Shown: positions 11,913 to 25,740, numbered from the whole stretch's first letter. The stretch is DNA of 63,020 nt, filler included, from Octopus bimaculoides (GCF_001194135.2; 4 parts of 4 records of this genome joined end to end with filler, not necessarily neighbours in it); one strand, 5' to 3'. Program-made: numbers and translations. Notes: generated by a model not told the origin, from the sequence alone.

Positions 11913-12084
11913 CCAATTATGCAGTCAGCGAGAACAATTGGTAATGTTAATTTTCCAATACTGTAACAAATATTTGCTCTGATTTCTTTTTCTTTTCAGC
12001 GAACATCCCAAACATATACAAATACACATGAATAGAGTTATATCAAAGCGCCGAAACTATGCAGATTCTGGTTTCAACGGCTGA
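11913..12084 (+). CDS. Candidate terminal exons of an unidentified gene (11913-11940 joined to 12000-12084)
   Basis: Strong acceptors tctctctttctcag and tttctttttcttttcag, donor TTG|GTAATG. Spliced open frame NYAVSENNCEHPKHIQIHMNRVISKRRNYADSGFNG*. No homology recognised and the intron is only 59 nt. Confidence 0.2.
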
Positions 12085-12539
12085 TGTGAAGTATGCCATT
12101 CTAATATGTTCCTTTCTGTCAATCGCTTTCAAGTTCCATTTCCGCTATCACTATGAACACACGCGTATGCGCNNNNNNNNNNNNNNNNNNNNNNNNNNNN
12201 NNNNNNNNNNNNNNNNNNNNNNNNNNNNNNNNNNNNNNNNNNNNNNNNNNNNNNNNNNNNNNNNNNNNNNNNNNNNNNNNNNNNNNNNNNNNNNNNNNNN
12301 NNNNNNNNNNNNNNNNNNNNNNNNNNNNNNNNNNNNNNNNNNNNNNNNNNNNNNNNNNNNNNNNNNNNNNNNNNNNNNNNNNNNNNNNNNNNNNNNNNNN
12401 NNNNNNNNNNNNNNNNNNNNNNNNNNNNNNNNNNNNNNNNNNNNNNNNNNNNNNNNNNNNNNNNNNNNNNNNNNNNNNNNNNNNNNNNNNNNNNNNNNNN
12501 NNNNNNNNNNNNNNNNNNNNNNNNNNNNNNNATATATAT

Positions 12540-12705
12540 ATACGACGGGCTTCTTCCAGTTTTCAACTACCAAATCCACTCACAAGGCTTTGGTCAGCCC
12601 GAGGCTATAGTAGAAGACACTTGCCCAAGGTGCCACGCAGTGGGACTGAACCCGGAACCATGTGGTTCGTAAGCAAGTTACTAACCACACAGTCACTCTT
12701 GCGCC
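12540..12705 (-). mobile_element. SINE family A, tRNA-like head half
   Basis: Minus: GAGTGACTGTGTGGTTAGTAACTTGCTT..GGTTCCGGGTTCAGTCCCACTGCGTGGCACCTTGGGCAAGTGTC. Confidence 0.85.
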
Positions 12706-13397
12706 TATATAAACATAATTAATCCCTTGGGTTTCTCAATATACGCCAGTTCGACACAAACTACAGAACATAGGTTTCTGAAAGCAGTACTATATCAGGC
12801 CCTTGTTTAAGGGGACCGAAACCTACTTCTAAAGAATATCGATTCTACACATCTTCGTAGTTATTTCCAAAAATTCGAATATCGTAGAATATTTAGCAAA
12901 TATTTCTCAAAGATAAAATCAATCAAATAATGCCAATAAGACATTCATTCACGCATTCGTCGCATAAATGTATTCACTAACTTAGTTTTTTTTTATCTCC
13001 TATTCATAAAGAAAGATTTTGATTTTTATCTCATAAAATTCCCATATTCACACTATTGAGTGAAATTTTAATTCATATCATATTGTTAAACGTTTGTATT
13101 TTCGATTAAAATTAATCAGCGAGAAACAGCATCTCACTCGATTAATTAATAATTCTGACGTATGATAATGCATTCTACATTACTCAGTTGCTAAAATTTC
13201 GCTAAAAAAATGTGTGGTAGATAATTATTTTTACACCATCAAACATTTAAAATATGTTGTTCCTATCTTCCCCTTTATATTTTTATTTCCTAGTACGCTC
13301 TGTTAGTCTTTCATGTTGAAATTCCGTGATAAAGCAAACATTGCCGTTTAATCGCCGAACATACTCGCTAGGTGATGTCGGTTGGGTTACGATATTC

Positions 13398-13454
<57 letters not shown>

Positions 13455-13909
13455 NNNNNNNNNNATATATATATATATAATGATTCATCTCTCCCAATGT
13501 ATTGACCTAGCAAGTGACATCTGCGTAGTTCCCACCGAAATAATCTCTTCATATGCAGTCTGATTTTTCTTACCAAACAAAGAAGACCTGAATTCATATT
13601 ATTTAATATAAAAAAAGGTCTGCAGTAATTCACTCAAATACTTATTTCAAACTAACGCTAAGTCAATGGGATGGCAGAAAAAGGATCGTATTGGACTATA
13701 ATTTTCGTCTCTCCTGTGTTCAAATACTGTCAAGTTAGACCTTGACTTTCGTCTGCTGATTAAATTAATAATAGTCCTGTAACTTGATAAAATAAATAAT
13801 ATCCTTCACTTTCTTGATTCCAAATACATTTATGGACAGCTAAACAAGTATTTCGATATTTTGCTCAATATATGGCGGCGAGTTGGCCGAAACGTTAGCA
13901 CGTCGGGCG

Positions 13910-13985
13910 AAATGAACCCACTAAATACAAATGAACCCACTAAATACAAATGAACCCACTAAATACAAATGAACTCACTAAATAC
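13910..13985. repeat. 19-bp minisatellite, about 4 units
   Basis: (AATGAACCCACTAAATACA) repeated about 4 times. Confidence 0.9.
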
Positions 13986-14159
13986 TTTCCGAAATCTTTC
14001 TTCCCAAGAAATACAGATTCTTGAAATGTCTTTTGCGCGAATCGGTATATAAAGGTTCAAACTGAATATTAAGTACACTTTTTTCAAGTGTCTACGAGGG
14101 TCTACAATGGTTGTGGGTTTTGTCTCTCGTTTTCACTACTTAATACTTTAACGTAAGTA

Positions 14160-14348
14160 ACACGGCGAGCGAAATGCTTAATGGTATTTCGTCTGTCTTT
14201 ACGCTCTGAGTTCAAACTCCGTCGAGGTTGACTTTACCTTTCATCCTTTCGGAGTCGATAATTTAAGTACCAGTTGCGTACTGAGGTCGATCTAATCGAC
14301 TGGCCCCTCCCCCAAAATTTCGGGCCTTGGTCCTAGGGTAGAAAAGAT
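14160..14348 (+). mobile_element. SINE family D; a matching head fragment lies at 13873-13912
   Basis: B box GAGTTCAAACTCC, then CCTTTCATCCTTTCGGAGTCGATAATTTAAGTACCAG and tail GGCCTTGGTCCTAGGGTAGAAAAG. Confidence 0.85.
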
Positions 14349-15216
14349 TTTAAATAATGAAGAAATGAAAAGGCCATGGCTTTACACTCGTATTCCTAGA
14401 TCTATGTTCTAGATCTGATAATTTCTTGCTCTAAACTGTACAGAACCGCAAAAGTTTGCACAAAACCGAGGTGAATAACGAAATAAAAATGTTTTTAGAT
14501 ATTTACCAAATATTTCTGAAAGATTTACTTAATTAAACAATGACAATATGATGTATTCTTATATTGCAAACATAAAGGTGTTCACAAACCTGCAGATTTA
14601 ATTGTTTTCATGTTTTAAAACGAGCGATGACTGTGGGAGAAATTTTGCTTTATATCTAACACAGTTAAAGTATGCACCTTAGTTAAAATTCTGATTGTTT
14701 TTATCTCAAATAATAAATATTTACTATTTCTTTAGAAACAAATAAACAACAAATATTTTTTATTTCTCATTTTCGTAGAAGTTCTCTTCTTTATCTCATG
14801 AAATCAGATATTAGAAGCATTAAAATTTTTCCCCGCTTGCATTGCCAACCTTCATACAACTCAAAGCAGCTTTCACTGTCTCCCTCGAACTAGCGATCGC
14901 AATGATATCATATGAACATACTTTCACAGATGCTTATCAATTTACAGCTGAAATGTGGTGGAGCGCATTGTTTCATTTATACTTCTAAATGACTTGCTTA
15001 TTTGTGTATTTGCGGGGGAGGGGTGATTTGCGCGTGCACAATGTTTGTATGTATGTATGGTGCTATGCATGTATGTTTGTACGTATCGTTTTTGCATGCA
15101 TGTATGCATATATACCTATTGTGTGCGTTGATGTAAACTTTTAGTGGGTGGTAAAAGAATTACAAATCTATACATAAATATTTCATATGCCAAGTGTACG
15201 CTTATCCATATATACG

Positions 15217-15285
<69 letters not shown>

Positions 15286-15292
15286 GTCTGTC

Positions 15293-15365
<73 letters not shown>

Positions 15366-15655
15366 TCTTCTACAATATATCCGGGCCGACCTTGCTGTAT
15401 GAATAAATTTATGAATGTAGTAGACGGNNNNNNNNNNNNNNNNNNNNNNNNNNNNNNNNNNNNNNNNNNNNNNNNNNNNNNNNNNNNNNNNNNNNNNNNN
15501 NNNNNNNNNNNNNNNNNNNNNNNNNNNNNNNNNNNNNNNNNNNNNNNNNNNNNNNNNNNNNNNNNNNNNNNNNNNNNNNNNNNNNNNNNNNNNNNNNNNN
15601 NNNNNNNNNNNNNNNNNNNNNNNNNNNNNNNNNNNNNNNNNNNNNNNNNNNNNNN

Positions 15656-15687
<32 letters not shown>

Positions 15688-15689
15688 CT

Positions 15690-15885
15690 TGCCTCAACCT
15701 TCACCGCTTGACAACCGATGCTGGTTTGTTTATGTCCTCGTAATTCAGTGGTTCGGCAAAAAGATCTATATAAGTACCAGACTTTTAAAAAAAAAGATAA
15801 GTACTGGCGTCGATTTGTTCGACGAATGTCAATGCCCCAGCGTGGTCGCAGTCCAGTGACTGGAACACGTAAAAAAAGCATGATT
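15690..15885 (+). mobile_element. SINE family A, 3' half (decayed)
   Basis: GCTTGACAACCGATGCTGG..GGTTCGGCAAAA..ATAAGTACC..CAGCGTGGTCGCAGTC. Confidence 0.75.
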
Positions 15886-16667
15886 AAAAAAAGTTCTGAG
15901 TACACCTCAGTCAACTATGTATAAATCCCATGTTTCACTATGAGTCTAAATCGGACAAATAACAAAGATCAATAAATTCATATGTCTTCGATTTATATCT
16001 TATTCAGAGAATAATTTTAAAATAAAAAGGAGAGCGTTAATCCGGTGCGTAACCTAGAAATTGAGATATATTTACGGAAAACACTTTCTTTCAAATGAAT
16101 ACAAACAATATATTTCACACTACAACAGTGACAGTTGTATTGCATACCAAAGCATGGGTAATCTCTAAATAATAATAAAAAAAAAGATGGAGATTATCTT
16201 CAACGCAGTTGGAACATCGTGTTTATTTAAAAATATATCTTGGCATCAAACGTACAGCTCGTATTAAAATTCTGAGTTGTGTAGTAGTAGTGGTACAGGT
16301 GTAAGACCACTCCTCCAAAAAGGTGGCATCTTTCCAGCTAAGTTCATGAGACAAATATTAAAACATCGAAATGATGAACTGAGGCAGAAATACATGTTGT
16401 AGATTTCTGATTCAGTAACAAGGAGGCTAGAGCGGCAAAAGACAGTGCATCTTCAATATATCTAGAAGATTCTAGATCAGGGGTTCCCAACCATATATGA
16501 TTCTGCGTATATATGATTATATGTACCAATGCGTGTAGGGAAACATAAATGACTGGATGGTTACATCAAACCCGTCTGCATATATTCATGAAAAAAAAAA
16601 ATGGAGAACCGCCTTTTTCTCTAGGATAGACGTTAATCTATTAATTCATTTATCCGGATATGGCTCC

Positions 16668-17150
16668 GTCCAAGTTGCTACTTCACCAGAAACGGTACAG
16701 AAAAGAGACCCAAACACACTGAAAGACAGCGCTCCAGCATTGCCTCGATTCTGCTTGAAACCAGTTGAGGATAAAAGATACACACACACTCAGACACATA
16801 TATACATATATACACGATATATATCGTACGTCATATACATATATGTGTATGTATATATATATATGTGTGTGTATGGGTGTGTATACGACGGGCTTCCACA
16901 CAGTTTCCATGTATCAATATCACTTCTATGACTCTGAGTGGCCTTGGGCTATAGTGCAAGACACGTGGCCAATATGTTGCGGTATGGGACTGAACCTGAC
17001 AGCAGGTGATCGCAAAGCCAGTTTCTTAACCACACAACCATGCCTGCGTCTGTTTAATGTAATTTTCTGTTGTAATTTTCTGCCTGTGTCCCTACTCATT
17101 CTCGGCCTACGTAAAATCATTTTCAGATATGGTCATGTATGGGCGAGAAA
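16668..17150 (+). repeat. Local duplication, copy 1 (paralogue at 18757-19230)
   Basis: The two copies share a colinear SINE-tail remnant, a microsatellite, an inverted SINE-A head and a non-SINE flank. Confidence 0.8.
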
Positions 17151-17348
17151 GAAGAAAGCACTAAGCTTTATCTCTTGCTTGCTTGATACGATTCAGGGAA
17201 CAGCCCATAGCTTAAGTGTCTGATAAACGATAATAGACAAGCCAAATGTTGAGTGTTAACCCCATCCCACATGTGTGTGGGGGCGCGCGTTTGTGTGTAT
17301 ACATATATGTGCGTGTGTGCGTCTGTGCGTGAGTGTGTATATATATCG

Positions 17349-17599
17349 TGGCACTCCGGTGGTTATGAGGACGAGGGTTCCAGTTGATCCGATCAACGGA
17401 AGAGCCAGCTCGTGAAAGTGGCTTAACGTGCAAGTGGCTTAGCGAGAAAGTTGTGGTGAAAGAGTACAGCAGGGTTCGCCACGACCCCCTGCCGGAGCCT
17501 CAGGTGTTTTCATCCAATAAACACTCACAACGTCCGGTCTGGTAATCGAAATCGTGTTCCTACAACCGCAAGTCCGCCGCCCTAACCATTGCGCCTCCA
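17349..17599 (-). mobile_element. SINE family B with internal deletion
   Basis: Head GGAGGCGCAATGGTTAGGGCGGCGGAC..GTTTCGATTACC. The middle of the body is missing at ~17442. Confidence 0.8.
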
Positions 17600-18020
17600 T
17601 NNNNNNNNNNNNNNNNNNNNNNNNNNNNNNNNNNNNNNNNNNNNNNNNNNNNNNNNNNNNNNNNNNNNNNNNNNNNNNNNNNNNNNNNNNNNNNNNNNNN
17701 NNNNNNNNNNNNNNNNNNNNNNNNNNNNNNNNNNNNNNNNNNNNNNNNNNNNNNNNNNNNNNNNNNNNNNNNNNNNNNNNNNNNNNNNNNNNNNNNNNNN
17801 NNNNNNNNNNNNNATATATATATATATATACATATATATACGTATATATATGTACATATATACATACACAAACAACACACATACAAATATAAATACATGT
17901 ATGAATATATATATGTATATATATGTATGTGTACACACAAATATATATATAAATATATATATAAATGATATCGTTTAATATAAACAATGCTTGCATATAC
18001 ACGTCTCATACGCACATACT

Positions 18021-18059
<39 letters not shown>

Positions 18060-18681
18060 AGAGACACACACACACACACACACTCATAAACATAGACGTA
18101 TACATGCTTCGAATAGTTTTAGTAACTAGAAAAGTGTGCGTCTACATACGCAAATGCATATATCATGTGTACACACATGTGCTTGTGTGCATGTGTGTAT
18201 GATAGATGGGTGAATGTAGGTGAATTTTCTGCGTGTGAATTTGTGCACATTGGGTGTATCTCCCATTCTTTATTTCTAAGCACATATTTAAGATAAGGCT
18301 AATATGTCTACATGCCTAGATATTTACTTTCTATAAGGGTATTTTTGTAAGTGTAGCGTTTATTTATTTCAGTCTTTGGACTGCGGCCAAGATGGAGCAA
18401 CGCTTTGAATAACTTTAGTCGAAGAAATGGTTCCTAGTATTTAATTTCGTTTTTTTTTTTTTTTGGTGGGGGTGAATGATACTTATTCTGTCGATGGTTT
18501 TCTTCCAAACCACTCTGTGACAGGAACGTAAACAAACTGACACCGGTTGGCAAGTGTATTGAGGGTGAGAAGTAGAAACACAATGAGACACGTATTAAAA
18601 ACCATACATACATACATACATATATATACATACATACACACATACACACATACATTCATATATTCAAACATACATAACTAC

Positions 18682-18712
<31 letters not shown>

Positions 18713-18756
18713 CATACATACATACTTAGGCAGGGGGAAAAAAGAATAGCAGCTCT

Positions 18757-19230
18757 GTCCAACTTGCTACTTCACCAGAAACTGTACAGAAAAGAGACCC
18801 AACCACACTGAGAGGCAGTGCTACAGCATGGCCTTGCCTCTGCTTCAAACCAGTTGAGGATACACACGCAGACACACACACACATACACATATATACACG
18901 ATATATATCGCATGTCATACACATATATTATATGTGTGTTTGTGTGCGTTTGTGTGTGTTTGTGTGTGTGTGTACGACGGGATTCCACACAGTTTCCATG
19001 TATCAATTTCACTTTCATGACTTTGAGTGGCCTGGAGCTATAGCGTAAGACACATAGCCAAGATGCCGCGGTGTGGGACTGAACCTGAAAACAGGTGATC
19101 GCAAAGCGAATTTCTTAACCACACAACCATGCCTGCGTCTGTTAATAATAGCTTTTATGTCGTAATTCTCAGCCTGTGTCCCGTCTCATTCTTGGCCTAT
19201 CTTCCTACGTAAGCTTATTTTCAAATATAA
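18757..19230 (+). repeat. Local duplication, copy 2
   Basis: Colinear with 16668-17150, e.g. TTGCTACTTCACCAGAAAC and CTTAACCACACAACCATGCCTGCGTCTGTT. Confidence 0.8.
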
Positions 19231-19496
19231 ATTGATTTTCTATCGTAATATAATTTTACAAATATTGATTTTAAATTATTTTACTTCGCTCTGAGAATTT
19301 TCTTTGAGAGTAGAATATTACAGCTAGCGCCTTTCGAAATTGGGGGAAAAAATTAACAACGCTGAGTCTATCTGATGGTGTTTCAAGTGCGCACATTGGT
19401 ATGTTTGTGTGCACCTAAATAACATATTATATATGTGTGTGTTTGAATGTGTGTGTGTGTGGTGTATACACAGACATATAATACACACACACATAT

Positions 19497-19536
<40 letters not shown>

Positions 19537-19829
19537 AGTATATATATATGTCTGTGTGTGTACGTAAATATATACGTATATATAGTATTAATTAATAGTA
19601 GGAGATGGATTTCGTATTAGACTTTTATCAGGTCCAACATATGTTTCGCCACATCAGTCTGTGGAGTTCCTGAAGTAGGTCCAACGGAAATGTACCACAA
19701 CTGCGGATAACAACGGGNNNNNNNNNNNNNNNNNNNNNNNNNNNNNNNNNNNNNNNNNNNNNNNNNNNNNNNNNNNNNNNAAGTATTTATATTTCATCGC
19801 TTTAAACTAATCTAGACTCTGATAATCTA

Positions 19830-21032
19830 TTAAATTGTTTCATATGAAATGTTGCATTCTTAATTACTGTTATTTCAGTAATTTAAAAACTCAATTATCT
19901 ATTCCTTGCATTTAATCTTGACTCTTTTTCTTTCCCTACAAAATTCGTACCCACAGATCTTATGAAAATGATAACAACAAAACTATGTCAGTGATTTTCT
20001 CGTATGAGTACAAACTGGATCATTCTGCCGCAGAAGCTCTACGGAATATCAAGCGGACCTTTGGTAATGGTTTTGTTGACATCAGAACTGTTCAGAGATG
20101 GTTCTAAAGGCCTCGTTTAGGAGATGATAGCCGTGAAAATAAACCAAGGGGTAGGCCAAAATCAGTTATTGGGCATTATAAATTAAACGCTTTTGTTGAA
20201 CAAAATCTGAGAACAGAAGTTTGAAAACTTTCATCAGAACTTCAAACATATCACGCAACTGTTTTTGGACACCTGTAAAAAATTGGAAAAGTCAAAAGAA
20301 TGGATAGGTTCATTCCACATCAACTAAATGAGATTCACAAAAATAGATGCCTTGAAGTGTGCTCCTTATTGCTTTCTCGATTGGAAAAACACAATTTTTG
20401 CCTCAAATCATTACTTGTGATGAGAAATGGATACAGCAAGAGAATAGGACAGTGATTAGATGCAGGAGAGTCACCTAAACATTACCCAAACCTAAAAAGT
20501 TAGTGGTCACTGTATGGTGGTCTGCGAAGGGAGTTATTCATTATTCATTTTTGCAACAGGGAAAAACGGTAACAGCGACATCGTATTGCTAGGAAATTGA
20601 TTGTACGCATGAGAATTTGAAAAAGAAGCAATCCAGACTAGTGAATAGAGATGGTCCAATTTTGCTCCATGACAATGCATGTCCTCGCACTCATCAAGCT
20701 ACGGTCCAAAAGTTGCAAAGCCTGAATTATGTGATTTTGCAACATCCTCCCTATTCCTGGAATATCTCTCCTACTGATCATCACTTATTTAAGCATTCTG
20801 AGCTTTTCATAAGCTATAAAAGATTCTTAAATAGAGAAGAGGTAATTGAAACATTCGGACAGTTTATCAGAGAAAAAGATGATTTTTTTTTAAAGATGGA
20901 ATATATGACACAGAGAAACGTTGGGTAAACGTCATAAAAGAACATGGATCATACTTTGATTAAATAAATCAACACTTTTGAAACATTTTATTGTTACCTT
21001 TCAAATACGACATTTCATATGAAACAACCTAA
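19830..21032 (+). mobile_element. Full-length decayed mariner (DD34D) DNA transposon
   Basis: About 29-bp TIRs (ends plus flanking TA match at 27/31 positions) with TA on both sides. Transposase motifs YEYKLDHSAAEA..RTVQRWF, FIPHQLNE, ITCDEKWI and HDNA-34-D (HPPYSWNISPTD), interrupted by stops and frameshifts. Confidence 0.95.
19963..20945 (+). pseudogene. Mariner transposase pseudogene
   Basis: Includes ORF 20617-20928 with GPILLHDNA and HPPYS motifs; upstream fragments lie in other frames. Confidence 0.9.
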
Positions 21033-21484
21033 TAACTACCATAAGAAATGTAACATCTTAAAGACATCATTGGAAGACTTTTTCTTGCCAAATTTAAAGA
21101 GTAAATCTTTATTTTTATGGCGTGAACAAAATTGTTCCCTCTCATTTAAACTTCTTGTCTGCTTTACAGAAATTTGATGATGGCCAAGGGAAGATAATTC
21201 CCAGCAGAAAGGAATGCACTTGTTAACGAAATATAGTCGTATATATAAATATATTTACAGGATATGTAGGTCCCGCTTGTATTTTTTAGTGGTATATTGT
21301 TTGTGTATTTGTATGTATGTGTGCATTTATGTATGTATGAATGTATGTATGTATAGAAATATGTATTCTAGTACACATGCATGTATTTATATATGTATTT
21401 ATATATGTATGTAAACTAGCAAGTATGCATGTATGTATATATACATATGCACGTGTGTAGCCAACTATATCTTTATCTATCTAT

Positions 21485-21561
<77 letters not shown>

Positions 21562-21777
21562 NNNNNNNNNNNNNNNNNNNNNNNNNNNNNNNNNNNNNNN
21601 NNNNNNNNNNNNNNNNNNNNNNNNNNNNNNNNNNNNNNNNNNNNNNNNNNNNNNNNNNNNNNNNNNNNNNNNNNNNNNNNNNNNNNNNNNNNNNNNNNNN
21701 NNNNNNNNNNNNNNNNNNNNNNNNNNNNNNNNNNNNNNNNNNNNNNNNNNNNNNNNNNNNNNNNNNNNNNNNNNNNN

Positions 21778-21850
<73 letters not shown>

Positions 21851-22432
21851 TTATGTATAGAAGTATCTATGTATACATGGATTCATGTCTATACCTTTGC
21901 ATGCATGTACATGTATTGATTCGTGCATAGCATTCTGTGCACAAATCTGTATGTTTTGAATTATGCATAATGCCGATATCTACATATATTTACATGTCCA
22001 TTCATGCGCATGCGCATATACTCCATGTTGATCTTCCGAAATTTTTTTCCATATTGACAGTTTCATGAATGTTTTGTAATCATAAAATTATAAGTAGCCG
22101 TGGTTTTTTTTTCTTTTATAAAGTCGTTTCTCAAAATTGCTGCTAGACTAATTATCCTCATAATCACTAGCATACAAGAGAATTATATATTAATGAAATA
22201 GGTATTTTTAATTAATGATAGATATAACCTGTAGCTATACTCCGTTTTAATAACTGTAGATTTATCAATAGTTCAGGCATAGATAAGATATTTTCTTTCC
22301 TTTTTAATGTTTACTGTACAATTGATTGTATTTTTATATACTCCTTATGAACCTTGGCCCAAATCACCATGTCTGGCCTACATTACCTATATTTTGCACA
22401 GCTATGTTTGTGTGCTTGTATGTATCTATATA

Positions 22433-22659
22433 CGAGGGGGTGCTGAAAGGTTCTGGGATTTAAAGGTGTCACGAAAGGCCTGGTTGGAGGCCCAACCTTC
22501 TGAGTTCTTTTTAAATGTTTAGAAAAACTGAAGAACCGTAGTAACAAGTGTGTGAATATGAGAGGGGAATATATTGAAAAGAANNNNNNNNNNAAAAAAA
22601 AAAAAAGAAACAATCATAATTAACTTATCCTCCTGTATTTTCTTTTCAGCAGCCCCTCG
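22433..22659 (+). mobile_element. Mariner-derived MITE (internally deleted element)
   Basis: TA-CGAGGGGGTGCTGAAA ... TTTCAGCAGCCCCTCG-TA. Retains a transposase C-terminal remnant, LKNRSNKCVNMRGEYIEK. Confidence 0.8.
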
Positions 22660-23054
22660 TACATCATTTTCTCTCTCTTTCTCTCTTTAATTTAGAGTTA
22701 ATTTTCACTGGCCACCTCTTTGACAGTAAGGTTGTGAAGAAAAGTATCAAGTTTTGTTCATCATTCCTAAAATCTTAAGAAGGTCTTGCAAAGTTTTAAT
22801 GCCTCAGATATCGCGATCATTTGTAATGTGTGAACTAAGAAGTTACACGTTATCCCCAAGAACTCAAGTTCAGCTTTGACTTCTTCCAGACAGAATGGTA
22901 CATATCTTGTTGCTCCAATAACAATAGATATGAAACTGAATGGGTATACTGATCACTAAATTTTCAAACTCCTTATCAATGGTCCATAGACATTTTCTTT
23001 CTCCCGTTTTATAGGTACGTATTATGTATGTATGTATGTATGTATGTATGTATT

Positions 23055-23279
23055 CTTTTTCTTTCTTTTATTCTTTTACGTGTTTCAGTCATTTGACTGC
23101 GACCATGCTGGAGCACCACCTTTTGTCGAGCAAATCGACCACCAGGATTTATTCTTTTTGTAAGCTTAGTACTTATTCTATCGGTCTCTTTTGCCGAACT
23201 GCTAAGTTACGGGCACGTAAACACACCAGCATCGGTTGTCAAACAATGGTAGGGAGACAAACACAAAAAACACAAACAT

Positions 23280-23310
<31 letters not shown>

Positions 23311-23475
23311 CATATATTCGACGGATTTCTTTCAGTTTCCGTCTACCAAATCCACTCGCAAGGTCAACCCGAGGCTATAGTAGAAGACACTTACCCAAGG
23401 AGCCACGCAGTGGGACTGAACTTGGAGCCATGTGGTTGGTAAGCAAGCTGCTTACCACACAGCCACTCTCGCGCC
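23055..23475 (-). mobile_element. SINE family A, near full length
   Basis: Head and 3' half separated by an internal (CA)/(TA) microsatellite, as in the other copies. Confidence 0.9.
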
Positions 23476-24049
23476 GATGTATGTATGTATGTATGTATGT
23501 ATGTATGTATGTATGTGAGTGTGTTTGTGCCTGTGGCCTTTTATTTATTTATTTATTTAATTATTTATGTTGCTGTTTGTTTTTTTTTACTTTAATTACT
23601 TCAGTTTTCTGATACACCAAACATGAATCTCACATAAACTAATTTACCATCTCTAAAAATCTTGTGATGAAACATGTAAGTAACCATATACCGAACTTCA
23701 TAAAAATCATGCATCGTTCTTATCGTTCTGCTTTAAGATTAAATGTACTGGATATATGTTAATATCTACATATGATAATGTTTGCGAGTGCTTTATAAGC
23801 ACATATGCACGACTCTTTCTATGTATGCATGTACGTATGTTTGTATATAAGCATGCATATATGCATGCATGTAGGTATGTACTGTAAGATTGGACTTGGT
23901 GTATTCCTAAGGCAACACTCGATACGAATTCTTGGTTATCTACTCGTTAAGACCAGTATTTAAAGTACCTCCTTACTACAGGAAATCCAGGTTTCTAACA
24001 CAGATAGAACGAATTGTTATGTATTTTTGTAGAGTAACTCAGAAGCTGG

Positions 24050-24300
24050 GCAGGTACGTGGCTTAGTGGTTAGGGTGTTACAATCACGAGCGTAAGATTG
24101 TGGTTTCGATTCCTGTACCGGGCGATGGGTTATGTTCTTTAAAAAAAAACCCACTTCATTTCATGTAATTCCAGTCCATTCAACTGACAAAAACGAGTAA
24201 TCCTGCGAATGACCGGCATCCAGTCCAGTTGGTTGGTTGTGTATTTATACATCTCAGAATTCGGGAAACCATCCTTGTGAACCTATGGCTCCGGAAGAAC
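24050..24300 (+). mobile_element. tRNA-derived SINE (head H1 + different body 3)
   Basis: GTGGCTTAGTGGTTAGGG and GTTTCGATTCC, a CORE-like segment, then AATCCTGCGAATGACCGGCATCCAGTCCAG. Confidence 0.7.
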
Positions 24301-24710
24301 TTTTAATCCTTTTCATTTTCAAAATTGACGACAGAGTTTAATACTAGTTATAATTGTTTCAGTAACATTTCGCTCCGAAACTTATTACACACGAATAATT
24401 ACGTATAATAAATTGCACAAAAGTTATGTATAATTGAAATAGGGGAAAATGGCGCCGATTCAGACGTTTAACAAAATCTGTTTTCATGCACTGTGTATTT
24501 ATGTACGTATGCATTTACAGATGCACATGCACTCATGCATGTGCAACTGTGTTTATGTATGTATGTATGCATGTATACTTGCATGCATACTTACGTGTAT
24601 GTATGTATGTATGTATGTATGTGTGGCTATGTAATTATGCATTTCTCTGTGTATGTATATATTTATATGTGTAAGAATGGATGCTTGTATGTAGTTATGT
24701 ATGTATGTGT

Positions 24711-24753
<43 letters not shown>

Positions 24754-25069
24754 TATGTATGTGTGTATATGTACGTATAGATGTATGTATGTATGNNNNN
24801 NNNNNTGTATATGTACGTATAGATGTATGTATGTATGCATGCATAAGTATGCATATATGTATATATATGCATGCATGTATGTATGTATGTATTTATGTAT
24901 GTATGTGTGTATGTATGTAGGTATGCATGTATGCATGTGTGTATGTACGTGTGTATGTATGTGTGTATGTATGTGTGTATGTATTTATAGAGGTGGACGA
25001 ATAGTTCACTGCACAGTCGGTAAGAGCCATTTGCAAAAAACCCTGGACGACCCAAATGTTCTTTTCTAC

Positions 25070-25230
25070 TCTAGGGGGTAGGGGTCAGTCGATTAGATCG
25101 GTGCCAGTATGCAACTGATACTTAATTTATCGACCCCGAAAGGATGAAAAGCAAAGTGGACCTCAGCGGAATTTGAACTCATAATACTTTTTTCTATTAT
25201 AGGCACGGGGCCTGAAATTTTGTGGGAAGG
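25070..25230 (-). mobile_element. SINE family D fragments
   Basis: TTTATCGACCCCGAAAGGATGAAAAGCAAAGTGGACCTCAGCGGAATTTGAACTC. Confidence 0.75.
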
Positions 25231-25695
25231 TGAAATAAGTTATATGGAAGCTGTAGTGAAGACTGCTTGACAGAATGTAAGTGTGATTCAAAGCACCCAG
25301 TCCCATGTTACAACGCTCTGGCACTTTAATTGCATGTAAAGAATAGTTTAAGGGTATATAAGTGTGTCTGCGGAATACACGACCATTTACACTATTATAC
25401 AATGAGTTGTTACCTAAAATCATTGAACAAGTGGAATAGTTACCATGTATGTGTGTATGTGTGTGTGTGTGTGATGTTGTTTATATCTGAGCCAGGCGAG
25501 CTTATAAACGAAATAGGAAACAGAAATCCCAGGACGTTAAAAGAAAATATTCAACAGACAGGAAATAGGGGTGAGAGTAAGAAAAGAAGGCATACAATAC
25601 GCGCACACTCACACATTCAAGCACATACACTCACACACACACACTCTCTCACACACACACACACACACATATATATACATACTTGTTTATGCGTG

Positions 25696-25740
<45 letters not shown>

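Noticed and set aside
13910-13985. 19-bp repeats as a CRISPR array
   Set aside because: The units are head-to-tail with no spacers, there are no cas genes, and the context is eukaryotic.
16486-16500. hAT-like terminus CAGGGGTTCCCAACC
   Set aside because: Only one 15-bp end is present, with no partner TIR or 8-bp TSD.
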